From a virus (lineage: Duplodnaviria > Heunggongvirae > Uroviricota > Caudoviricetes): a stretch of DNA of 29,531 bases. Location: IMG/VR virus record IMGVR_UViG_648276670_000001, positions 1 through 29,531 of that record. The stretch is one strand, 5' to 3'. Positions 1-8,577 of this stretch are shown here, piece by piece. The notes below the pieces were generated by a model. It saw only the letters and a program-made list of their open reading frames with translations, ran no database searches and was not told the origin of the DNA. Positions within the stretch are counted from its first letter, which is position 1. Each line of letters opens with the position of its first letter. The translations under genes were made by a program, and so were the position numbers.

Positions 1-471
<471 letters not shown>

Positions 472-481
472 GTTTCCCTCC

Positions 482-2251
482 TCAGTTGCCGTTAACAATG
501 CTGATAACGCTGCTGCGGGCCGGCGTGGTCAGCGTGGCCATGACTTCATCCAGTGCGGCTTCCGGTACGCCGTCCGGATACTGTGCCGTTAACTGGCGGT
601 AATGTTCCGGCGTCCAGGTAAGGCCGTCGGCGCTGAACTTATCGCGCAGGGCTTTCGCGGCCTCCACATGAGTCATGGGACGTTGTTCAGTGCGCAGCCC
701 GCGTACGTCAGAGGCCTGACCTCGCTTCGGTATACAGGCCGGAAGTGTGGCGTCATCAATATGTTTATATGGGTCAAGCCGCCCGCCGAACGGCAGCGCC
801 TTCGCCTTGCGTGCGGCAGCTGCATCTGCGGCGTTGTCTGTACCGGTGACCAGCGCTTCGGTTTCTTTTGCCGCCATCTGCGCCGGGGTTTCCGGCAGGG
901 CTTTGTAACTTTCGCCAAATACCGCCGCGCTTTCAGCAAAGCCAAACTCGTTCTTTCTGACCTCTTCGACCAGGAAGAACGCCTCGTGGCCGTCCTCACC
1001 GGTCAGAACCACCTGTGCCACATCGCTGCGCCACGGGTTACGGGTAATCATCAGTTTTTCACCGACCAGTACGCCCGGTACCGTTGATACGTCAAATTCA
1101 GTGCCCCGGAACGAGACACGAAGTTTTGGCGTGACTTTGCGGAGTTCTGGTGTCGCCACAGCCAGTTCACGGCATACCTCAACGGAAGGCGCTTTTTTCA
1201 GCTGCTCAGCAGTAATCTTCAGCCAGATATCCGTGCGGGTTTTACCGTGGCGGCTGTGAACAGCCGTGGCGTTAAAGTGGCTGCGCCATTTCGCGGCCAG
1301 CGCGTTGAGTTCTTCCAGACTGTGAACCGGCCGGAACTTCAGACCCGGCTCCAGCTTGCGTTCGATAATGTCACGCGCCTTTTCCACCTGTCCGGTGGCG
1401 CGGGCGTTATGCGGCTTGTGTGCTATCAGGTCGATGCCCAGTGAGCGGCACATGTTTTTCGTCATACCCGCGGTGTTTGCCGAGCCGGGGTCGAGATAGA
1501 GTATTTTCGGCACGCCGTGCAGCACGTCTGCGCCGCCACGCTCCTGCATGGCGTTGATAAGCACAGAACACAGGTTCTCACCGGATTCCGCACCCGTCAC
1601 ATACTCAACGTAAATCCAGCCGCTGGCATGGTCGGTAATCTCGTAACTCCACACGCGGTCACTGGCGATACGGGCAAGGTTAGCGGGCTTGTTCTTGTAG
1701 AACTTCGCGCTGTCCATCACCTGCAGTCCTTTGTGTCCATTACTCAGGTAGTAAAGCGTGCAGAGCGAGGCATCAATCTGCCAGACATGATTGGGATGCA
1801 GACTGGCCACTTCAGTATGTGGTGCAGGGGCATCCAGTTGTTCCGGGTGCAGGCCATAGTTACGCAGGGCTCGGCTGATGGCATCTTCGGACAACGGGAA
1901 AAACTCACCGGTGGTTTCATCTGTTCTGCCTGCGGAGATAAAGCCGTTAGCCCGCAGGGTTTCCACTGCATCCGCGATGGAATAGAGACGCTTACCGTTC
2001 TTGCGGGTGGCCTCACGCAGTGTGGCAGATATCAGCGCGGCTTCGTCGCGGGTCAGGGCGCTGCGCCCGGCATCGGCGCGTTTTTTGCGTTTATCAGTCA
2101 CAGAGACCTCCTTCAGCCTGCGCAGCAGAGTGGCGCGGGACATGCCAAGTTCAGCACAGGCAGCGTCGTATATTGCACCGCGTTTACCATGCCCCGCGTC
2201 ACGTGCCGCGCGGGCGACATAAACCAGTCGTTCAGTCAGGGCAGCATTCAT
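482..2251 (-). CDS. DDE transposase, rve/integrase-core type (Tn552/BcepMu TnpA-like), 589 aa
   Basis: Long ORF with GGAGGC Shine-Dalgarno; catalytic-core-like motifs HVWQID, YLDPGSANT and GQVEKAR; sits in a Mu-like early operon immediately upstream of the B-like gene. Confidence 0.85.
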   Translation of the reverse strand: MNAALTERLVYVARAARDAGHGKRGAIYDAACAELGMSRATLLRRLKEVSVTDKRKKRADAGRSALTRDEAALISATLREATRKNGKRLYSIADAVETLRANGFISAGRTDETTGEFFPLSEDAISRALRNYGLHPEQLDAPAPHTEVASLHPNHVWQIDASLCTLYYLSNGHKGLQVMDSAKFYKNKPANLARIASDRVWSYEITDHASGWIYVEYVTGAESGENLCSVLINAMQERGGADVLHGVPKILYLDPGSANTAGMTKNMCRSLGIDLIAHKPHNARATGQVEKARDIIERKLEPGLKFRPVHSLEELNALAAKWRSHFNATAVHSRHGKTRTDIWLKITAEQLKKAPSVEVCRELAVATPELRKVTPKLRVSFRGTEFDVSTVPGVLVGEKLMITRNPWRSDVAQVVLTGEDGHEAFFLVEEVRKNEFGFAESAAVFGESYKALPETPAQMAAKETEALVTGTDNAADAAAARKAKALPFGGRLDPYKHIDDATLPACIPKRGQASDVRGLRTEQRPMTHVEAAKALRDKFSADGLTWTPEHYRQLTAQYPDGVPEAALDEVMATLTTPARSSVISIVNGN

Positions 2252-2254
2252 TGG

Positions 2255-3166
2255 TTATGCCTCCAGCCCGTTAATCTGTGGCGTCGGCTCAGTCAGCCAT
2301 GAAGGCGCTGCATTGCCTGTTGGCTCGTCCGGCAGGTCAAATGTGGAGCGCAGGCTACGCGCTGTGCTTTCCAGTTGACAGACCAGGCCTGCCATGAAGT
2401 CTCTGGGGGTATCAATCATGTTTTCAGCACAATATGCGCACAGTGTCTCAAAAGCGCTGGACAGTCGAACGGCGATAGCAGATTCCGCCTCAACCGCTAA
2501 TGCTGTCACTTCCGCCCGCAGCTTCTTAACCTCCTCATCAGGCTCAGGCGGCTGAATACGGGATTTCTTTTCCAGTCTGGTAGAGAGAGAATCAATTTTT
2601 TCATTTTTATCGGCGAGTACGCGCTGTTGTGCTGCGTTGGTTTCGCGCGCTTCGCGCAGGGCCTGGCGAAGTTCGCGTACTGACATGCGATCAACGTCGT
2701 CAAGCGTCAGGCCGGCAACTGTGCCGCCGTCAGCCAGTTCGGCAAGCTCTTCGTCGTCTTCTGTCATTAATTCGAAAAGTTTGGCTTTTCCCAAATGTGC
2801 CAACGTTGGCACATTTGGTTTCAGCGCCGGGGATAAGTATTTTGTCGATGCTTGCATCATTCTCACAGATGTCCGGTATGCCAGCCCCAACTCACTTTCA
2901 AGAATCTTTATAAACTCCCCGTGTGGTTCATTTTCCTTAAGGATTATCAGCCGCTTACCTGCCTCCAGCATGGCCTCAGCGCTCTGTGCCATATAAAAGC
3001 GTGCCTCATGGACAACACGATCGCGCTCATAGGGCAGACCATCGCCGAACTGTTGCATGATTTCCATGCGATGCTGTGTCATGGCGTTTAGACTGACATT
3101 GAGATCATCCGACAGCGGTACCTCGACGTTCAGTTCAGTGCTAACCGGTGATTTGGTGCGTCCCAT
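2255..3166 (-). CDS. Hypothetical early-operon protein, 303 aa, function unknown
   Basis: ORF with AAGGAG Shine-Dalgarno 6 nt upstream; stop abuts the transposase start; acidic, coiled-coil-rich sequence; no motif recognised. Confidence 0.6.
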   Translation of the reverse strand: MGRTKSPVSTELNVEVPLSDDLNVSLNAMTQHRMEIMQQFGDGLPYERDRVVHEARFYMAQSAEAMLEAGKRLIILKENEPHGEFIKILESELGLAYRTSVRMMQASTKYLSPALKPNVPTLAHLGKAKLFELMTEDDEELAELADGGTVAGLTLDDVDRMSVRELRQALREARETNAAQQRVLADKNEKIDSLSTRLEKKSRIQPPEPDEEVKKLRAEVTALAVEAESAIAVRLSSAFETLCAYCAENMIDTPRDFMAGLVCQLESTARSLRSTFDLPDEPTGNAAPSWLTEPTPQINGLEA

Positions 3167-3176
3167 TGATTACTCC

Positions 3177-3485
3177 TTACAAACGACTACCTGAAATAAC
3201 ACGTTGGTTGATTTCGTTAATGCGATCCTGTGCACGTGCCATCTCGTTACTGTGGGCCATGGCGATCTGCAGCAACTGGATGCCTGGTGCGAAACGCCCG
3301 TTTTCTAGTTTCAGAGCCAACCCTTCTTCAATGAGCGTGTTAAGTGCCCGGTTGATGTTTGCCGGTGATTCGTGCAGCGCAACCGCTAGTTCCCCGTTAG
3401 AAACACCGTTCAAAGCGTGGCCACGTAAGGCCTTAAGAACGCGCAAAATACGGGTACCTGAGCTTGATGTATTTGGTTTATTCAT
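3177..3485 (-). CDS. Small winged-helix/HTH transcriptional regulator, 102 aa
   Basis: AAGGAG Shine-Dalgarno; start overlaps the upstream gene stop (ATGA); HTH-like segment GVSNGELAVALHESPANINRALNTLIEEG. Confidence 0.55.
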   Translation of the reverse strand: MNKPNTSSSGTRILRVLKALRGHALNGVSNGELAVALHESPANINRALNTLIEEGLALKLENGRFAPGIQLLQIAMAHSNEMARAQDRINEINQRVISGSRL

Positions 3486-3712
3486 GACGCCTCCTTAAGG
3501 ATACCGGGGGTAACTTCTTTACCTATTGCAACCGATAGATCTCGCAAAATCCGATAAGTCAAACGACCGCGAGGTAGTTCACTTTTACCAGCCCAGCGAC
3601 TGACTGCCTGGGTGACTGTTCGTGGTTCATAGCCCGCGTTAAGCGCGAACTGGCGCAAGCTACTGCCTCGTTCAACCAGCCGTGCCCGAACTTGTTGTTT
3701 GTTCATATGCAC
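3482..3712 (-). CDS. ner: Ner-like small DNA-binding protein (Mu Ner/Nlp family), about 75 aa
   Basis: Size, position as first gene of the early operon divergent from the repressor, and HTH segment SLRQFALNAGYEPRTVTQAVSRW resembling Ner; start may be GTG 3710-3712 or ATG 3704-3706. Confidence 0.6.
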   Translation of the reverse strand: MHMNKQQVRARLVERGSSLRQFALNAGYEPRTVTQAVSRWAGKSELPRGRLTYRILRDLSVAIGKEVTPGILKEAS

Positions 3713-3794
3713 CGTGTTCCTGTTAGGTTATGATGTACTCTATTGGGTCTATTGTACACACCCAAATGAGTGTGTCAAATTGAGATATGTTCAA
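3713..3794. promoter_or_regulatory. Divergent early/repressor promoter-operator region
   Basis: AT-rich intergenic region between divergent ner-like and repressor genes; direct repeats TCTATTG at 3739-3745 and 3748-3754 flanked by TGTAC/GTACA, and ACACAC...GTGTGT inverted elements at 3756-3776. Confidence 0.4.
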
Positions 3795-4202
3795 ATGAGT
3801 ACAAAAGAGAGATTGCGTGAAGTGATGGATGCTAATGGCATGACAATAAAGGCATTATCTGACTTATCAAAAATTCCATATCGCTCACTTCAAAACTATT
3901 TGCGTGGAGAGAGAGAACCAAACGCAGAGGCTCTTGTTGCGCTAAGTGCCCATTTGGGTGTATCGATCGATTGGCTACTTACCGGTAAAGAACATATTCC
4001 ATCTAAAGAAATTGTTGCTGTACCAACACAACATCAATTCAGCCCGTCAGACCTTAAAATGCTTGAACTTCTAAACCAGTTAGATCCTGAGGTTCGGCGA
4101 GATCTCATGCGAGGCGCTGAAGAAAAACAGCGTGTGATTGAGATGGAAAAACAACTGAAGGAATTATCCGCAACGATTGAGCGGTTAAAAAATGTGGGTT
4201 AA
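3795..4202 (+). CDS. Prophage repressor-like XRE-family HTH protein, about 135 aa
   Basis: HTH motif TIKALSDLSKIPYRSLQNYLRGEREPNAEALVALSAHLGVSIDWLL plus C-terminal coiled coil; divergent from the early operon. The ORF-track start at TTG 3699 adds a hydrophobic extension that overlaps the operator region and is probably spurious. Confidence 0.7.
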   Translation: MSTKERLREVMDANGMTIKALSDLSKIPYRSLQNYLRGEREPNAEALVALSAHLGVSIDWLLTGKEHIPSKEIVAVPTQHQFSPSDLKMLELLNQLDPEVRRDLMRGAEEKQRVIEMEKQLKELSATIERLKNVG

Positions 4203-4272
4203 TGTGTTCCTAACGAGAACATATAGCAGAAATTATTTGCCATTAAGCAATAAAAAATAAGGTGGATAGCCA

Positions 4273-5280
4273 ATGTCTGAGCAGACCATTGAAGTTAAAC
4301 ACGTTGTAGTTCACATTTTAGACAAACAACAAAATGGAGACGCTTCTGAGAGATTGAGTCCTGAAGAAGGTCTAGTTACTGAAGCCTCTCAGCGCCTTAT
4401 AAACGATATTTGTGCAAAATATGCAGGACGCACAGGTAAAGGTTATGGCTATTTTGAAGGCGATACGGATAACTATCCTATGGAACGAATGGCTGGGGAC
4501 TTTCTCGAAGGTGTTGATGATTTCTACCAAAGTTCCTGCCGAATGATGCATCACCTGACGGAACGTTCTCAGCGAGAAAACATGGCTACTGGTGGTTATG
4601 TTCTTTTTGCAAATATCGTGATAGGACACAATGAACACCTGTTGATAGCTATTGTAAGCGCTACCATTGGGTCCACTGTCACAGATGATTTTAACATCCA
4701 AGATAGTACCTATCTTGATATTGCTAAGCTGCGTATGGCTGGGCGCATTGACTTAACCGCGTGGGAAAGTGGCGCAGAGCGCTATATCAGTTTTCTTAAG
4801 GGGCAAGGTAATGTTTCAAACTATTTTAAACAGTTCCTAGGCTGTAATGATGTCTTAATCGCCAAACGAGAGTCTGAAAAGTTACGTGACGTTTTAAAAG
4901 CATTTGCGGCAGAGAAAGGACTTGACGGCGCTGAAAAAGATGCATTTCTTAAGAGTGCGTTTGAACACTTACATGCACTAAGTAAGGCTGGTGAACCACT
5001 TAGTCTTGAAACCCTTGTTAATGCCATTTGGCCCCAGGCTCCCGAGGAGTTATCTGGTAAACTTGCTGCTGAAGAGTTGGAGTTATCGGATGGCTTCGTT
5101 CCTGATGGTCGAGTCATTCGGGCTCTGGTATCTTTTAAAGGCAAGTCTAAATATTGGGAACTTAAGTTTGACCGGGAAGGGAAAACTGAAGGCTATATTG
5201 ATTATGATCCGGAAACAAATATTATCACCCTACGTAATGTACCTGAAGAATTTAGGGAAATGTGGATGACTGAGGTTTAA
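4273..5280 (+). CDS. NdpA/YejK-family nucleoid-associated protein homolog, 335 aa
   Basis: AAGGTGGA Shine-Dalgarno 8 nt upstream; full-length resemblance to the YejK/NdpA family (GGYVLFANIV, TYLDIAKLRMAGRIDLTAWESGAERYISFLKGQG, C-terminal NIITLRNVPEEFRE); AT-rich codon usage unlike the flanking phage genes. Confidence 0.85.
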   Translation: MSEQTIEVKHVVVHILDKQQNGDASERLSPEEGLVTEASQRLINDICAKYAGRTGKGYGYFEGDTDNYPMERMAGDFLEGVDDFYQSSCRMMHHLTERSQRENMATGGYVLFANIVIGHNEHLLIAIVSATIGSTVTDDFNIQDSTYLDIAKLRMAGRIDLTAWESGAERYISFLKGQGNVSNYFKQFLGCNDVLIAKRESEKLRDVLKAFAAEKGLDGAEKDAFLKSAFEHLHALSKAGEPLSLETLVNAIWPQAPEELSGKLAAEELELSDGFVPDGRVIRALVSFKGKSKYWELKFDREGKTEGYIDYDPETNIITLRNVPEEFREMWMTEV

Positions 5281-5282
5281 TC

Positions 5283-6488
5283 GTGGCGATTTCATTTGAG
5301 ATGCTGACAGCTCTGTATCGTCGTATGGAATTCCAAGAGGGGTTTCGTGTCGGTTCGCTGTTGCTCTTAGATCAGTCCGATTGTGATCTGGTTGATACTT
5401 TGCTTGATGATCCTCGTGAATATGGTCTTTCTATTGATACAGGCACTATCGCTCCAGGTAACACGATCATCCTACGTGTGACGTCACCACGGAGTGGACT
5501 GGGACTTGTGTTTTCCACCCATGAAAAATTGCTAAATGCTCCAAAGCATCAGTGCCTTGAGCCAGCTAATTACTTCATCCTAGAAACAAAATTTCGTAAT
5601 GATGATGAAGATATCCCCGTTTTCATCAGCAACTACCGGAAGATTCTCGAGTTCGTTAACCTGCTAAAAGAGGCCGCGGCCTACTTTGATAACTCAACTT
5701 GTCAGTTAGTTTTTCTGAAAAAAGAAGTTATCAAGCTATTACCGCACTTCGCTGCAGAAAATGTACAAAATTTGCAAAGGGAGTATCTTGATAACCTTAT
5801 AGCTTGTTTCAATGATGATACCCATAAGGATCAGAAGCTAGATATTCTGATTGAAAGTATTCAAGCAGTTAGTGATGGAATTGATTCACCTCTAGTATTC
5901 GCTTATTTACTGGACAATATTCAGCGTCTGCATGAAAAGTTTCTGAAAGGGTATCGTATCTACTCTTCTGGATTCTCTTATGACAAAGTAATGGATCAAC
6001 TGCGTGCTGCAAAAGTCGAAGAAATGGGTAAAATCCACAAAGCGTTTTCAGATATCCAGAACCATATACTTGGCATTCCTGTTGCCTCTGTTATCGTAGC
6101 TACCCAATTCAAAGTGGCTACGAAATGGTCAGGCCAAGGGATAACAAACACAATAATTCTTCTGGGATGCATTTTTGCTGCAACGTTAATCTGGCTGGCA
6201 CTTTCGAACCAGATGCAATCTATAAAGGCCTTAGGCGAAGAAATTGAATACAAAGAAAAACAGATTAATAAGGAATATTCCTTCATTAAAGATGACGTGG
6301 CTGGTGTATTTAGCAGTATTTCTGCGCGACTAGACACGCAGAAACGTACGTTCTGGATTATACGTGGTGTTCTAGTTATGGGAATTATTACCGCTATCAC
6401 TGTTTATTTTTGGTACACAAAACCAGCCCTTGACTTCATGCAGTACTTGATTCACTGCATGAAGTCTTACTATTCGGTCAAAAGTTGA
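5283..6488 (+). CDS. Unknown 401-aa protein with two C-terminal transmembrane helices
   Basis: GTG start 2 nt after the NdpA-like stop with GAGG 7 nt upstream (translational coupling); hydrophobic helices ITNTIILLGCIFAATLIWLAL and FWIIRGVLVMGIITAITVYFWY; AT-rich; no catalytic motif recognised. Confidence 0.7.
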   Translation: MAISFEMLTALYRRMEFQEGFRVGSLLLLDQSDCDLVDTLLDDPREYGLSIDTGTIAPGNTIILRVTSPRSGLGLVFSTHEKLLNAPKHQCLEPANYFILETKFRNDDEDIPVFISNYRKILEFVNLLKEAAAYFDNSTCQLVFLKKEVIKLLPHFAAENVQNLQREYLDNLIACFNDDTHKDQKLDILIESIQAVSDGIDSPLVFAYLLDNIQRLHEKFLKGYRIYSSGFSYDKVMDQLRAAKVEEMGKIHKAFSDIQNHILGIPVASVIVATQFKVATKWSGQGITNTIILLGCIFAATLIWLALSNQMQSIKALGEEIEYKEKQINKEYSFIKDDVAGVFSSISARLDTQKRTFWIIRGVLVMGIITAITVYFWYTKPALDFMQYLIHCMKSYYSVKS

Positions 6489-7248
6489 GGATAATGAGTT
6501 CCTTCTTGCGACTGGATTTGCCAGTGATCTTGAGGTTGTAGCTGATATCAACCGACTGAATATTTAGACCGTTGAATGCCTGCCGCATTTCCGGGATATC
6601 GTTCACCGATATAATCATCTTCCCTTTGATCCTGCGTGCTAAATCTGCCATATGATCATAATTTTCTAGTCCGAACTCCACACCATAACCTTCCGTTCCC
6701 CAGTATGGAGGGTCACAGTAGAACAACGTATGCGGGCGATCATATCGTTCTATGCACTGTTGCCAGTCCATGTGTTCTATGACCGTTCTGGAAAGCCGCA
6801 GGTGTGCCGCTGACAGTTCTTCTTCAATACGCAGCAGGTTGAAGCGTGGCGGGGATATGGTGGAGGTACCAAAGCTGTGCTCCGCCACCTTGCCCCCAAA
6901 CGCCTGCTTCTGAAGGTAGTAGAACCGTGCTGCACGCTGGATATCCGTCAGTGTTTCTTCCGGGGTGATCTGCAGCCATTTGTAGATCTGCCGGCTGACC
7001 AGCGCCCATTTGAACTGGCGTACAAATTCTTCCAGATGATGTTTTACCACCCGATACAGGTTCACCAGCTCACCGTTGATATCATTAATGACTTCGATCT
7101 TGCCGGGTACCTTAAGAAAATAGAGCGCTGCTGCCCCACAAAACGGCTCCACATAACATTCATGCGCCGGAAACAGCGGCAGGATGTGTTTTGCAAGGCG
7201 GCGTTTGCCACCAATCCATGGAACGATGGGTAATGTCTGCATTTTCAT
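6478..7248 (-). CDS. dam: Dam-like N6-adenine DNA methyltransferase, 256 aa
   Basis: Motif I-like PFCGAAALYF and catalytic DPPY (YCDPPYWGTEGY) in the order typical of Dam-type enzymes; convergent with the upstream gene, 3' ends overlapping by 11 bp. Confidence 0.9.
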   Translation of the reverse strand: MKMQTLPIVPWIGGKRRLAKHILPLFPAHECYVEPFCGAAALYFLKVPGKIEVINDINGELVNLYRVVKHHLEEFVRQFKWALVSRQIYKWLQITPEETLTDIQRAARFYYLQKQAFGGKVAEHSFGTSTISPPRFNLLRIEEELSAAHLRLSRTVIEHMDWQQCIERYDRPHTLFYCDPPYWGTEGYGVEFGLENYDHMADLARRIKGKMIISVNDIPEMRQAFNGLNIQSVDISYNLKITGKSSRKKELIILNF

Positions 7249-7495
7249 AATCTGTAAGCCTTTTACAATTATAAAAAATATGGCAGGCTAGTCTGGTCTC
7301 GCGAGACTGACTGAACCTTGGTCGGCTCACAGCGCATTCCTGTGGGGCGATGGCCAGCCCGGTGTTCGGGTACCGGGCTGGTCGTTCTTTCAAAGCCATC
7401 ATGCAGTGCACGTTTACATCTTCACTATTAACGCTGTTTAAAATCCGTATCCCGCCACATTTGTGATGCTGTCTCCACCAAACGAGGAGACACAC
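7249..7495. promoter_or_regulatory. Divergent intergenic region between the methyltransferase and lysis genes, containing a perfect 12-bp palindrome
   Basis: GTCTCGCGAGAC at 7296-7307; a minus-strand TATAAT (plus 7268-7273) about 20 nt upstream of the methyltransferase ATG with a poor -35; GAGGAG Shine-Dalgarno at 7484-7489 for the downstream gene. Confidence 0.35.
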
Positions 7496-7846
7496 ATGAA
7501 AAACCTGAAAAAATTCATTCCCCCTGTTAAAAAACCTCGCCTCAGCGGCTGGCTGCTGACCTCAGTGCTGTTGCTGGGCATCATCGCTCTGGTCTCGCCA
7601 CAGCAGTTGCCTGTTGTGATCTACAAGCTGGCACTCATCACGCTGGCAGCAGTGCTGGGTTACTGGCTTGACCGTTCGCTCTTCCCCAAAGCCCGTCCCG
7701 GTCAGTACCTGAAACATGACAACAGACTGATGGCTGAAGGGCGTTTCCCTGTGCAGACCGGCCTTCACCTTGTATTTTCTGCTGCGTTAATCCGCCGTGC
7801 ACTGATTGTTGCAGCGGTCTGTCTGGCTGTGGCAACAGGACTGTGA
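7496..7846 (+). CDS. Small membrane protein, candidate holin, about 116 aa
   Basis: GAGGAG Shine-Dalgarno 6 nt upstream of ATG 7496; three hydrophobic segments; immediately precedes the endolysin gene with overlapping stop and start. Confidence 0.5.
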   Translation: MKNLKKFIPPVKKPRLSGWLLTSVLLLGIIALVSPQQLPVVIYKLALITLAAVLGYWLDRSLFPKARPGQYLKHDNRLMAEGRFPVQTGLHLVFSAALIRRALIVAAVCLAVATGL

Positions 7847-7848
7847 CC

Positions 7849-8577
7849 ATGAACTGGCCTCAAATCACCCTCATTATTCTGTTCGCCTTTGGTCTGGGCG
7901 TAACCGCCATCAGACACGGAGAACCACGTAACGATAAATACAGCTTCTGGTGGCAGCTTGCTGGCAACCTGGTGATTGTCTGGCTGCTCTGGTGTGGCGG
8001 CTTCTTCAGTCAGGCCCGCGCAGCGCAGCCTCCGCAGGCTGCGCTGCAGTATCGCGATGATGTGATCCGTAATGCCCGGCTTGAATGGGGACTGTCTGCG
8101 CCGGTGGCCGATTTCGCCGCGCAACTGCATCAGGAAAGCGGCTGGCGACCTGATGCGGTCTCGCCGGCTGGCGCTCAGGGACTGGCGCAGTTCATGCCTG
8201 CCACTGCCGACTGGATAAGCCAGTTGATACCGATGCTGAGCAGTCGTGAGCCGTTTAATCCTGCATGGGCTATCCGGGCGCTGGTCAGCTATGACCGCTG
8301 GCTGTGGCAGCGCGTCAGCGCCGCCAACGACTGCGAGCGTATGGCCATGACACTGTCGGGCTATAACGGTGGTCTGGGCTGGGTACAACGGGACAGGCGG
8401 CTTGCATCACAGAAAGGTCTGGACAGCACCCGCTGGTTCGGACATGTCGCCACGGTGAATGCCGGACGCAATGCGGCCAGCTGGCGGGAGAACCGCCATT
8501 ATCCGCAGCGCATCCTGCGCGAACTGGCACCGCGATATCTCACATGGGGAGGCAGCAGTTGTGTGGCATCTGGTTAA
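7849..8577 (+). CDS. Endolysin, lytic transglycosylase (SLT domain) with N-terminal hydrophobic, possibly SAR-type, region
   Basis: SLT-like motifs LHQESGWRPDAVSPAGAQGLAQFMPATA; N-terminal 55 aa contain two hydrophobic stretches; ATG 7849 follows the upstream stop (alternative GTG 7843). Confidence 0.8.
   Translation: MNWPQITLIILFAFGLGVTAIRHGEPRNDKYSFWWQLAGNLVIVWLLWCGGFFSQARAAQPPQAALQYRDDVIRNARLEWGLSAPVADFAAQLHQESGWRPDAVSPAGAQGLAQFMPATADWISQLIPMLSSREPFNPAWAIRALVSYDRWLWQRVSAANDCERMAMTLSGYNGGLGWVQRDRRLASQKGLDSTRWFGHVATVNAGRNAASWRENRHYPQRILRELAPRYLTWGGSSCVASG

Noticed and set aside
1517-2302. Plus-strand ORF of 261 aa inside the transposase gene
   Set aside because: Shadow ORF antisense to a well-supported DDE transposase gene in GC-rich DNA; no start context.
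3699-3794. N-terminal extension of the repressor ORF (TTG start at 3699)
   Set aside because: The extension is hydrophobic, overlaps the divergent operator region and the ner start, and an in-frame ATG at 3795 gives a typical HTH-repressor N-terminus.
4203-4272. Inverted repeat ATGTGTTC...GAACATAT after the repressor gene as an intrinsic terminator
   Set aside because: Stem has a mismatch and no following U-tract; insufficient to call.
8459-8560. Upstream extension of the i-spanin ORF (ATG 8459) and of the o-spanin frame (8544)
   Set aside because: Both extensions run inside the endolysin coding sequence; a GTG with a strong Shine-Dalgarno at 8561 and an ATG with a lipoprotein signal at 8907 are the credible starts.
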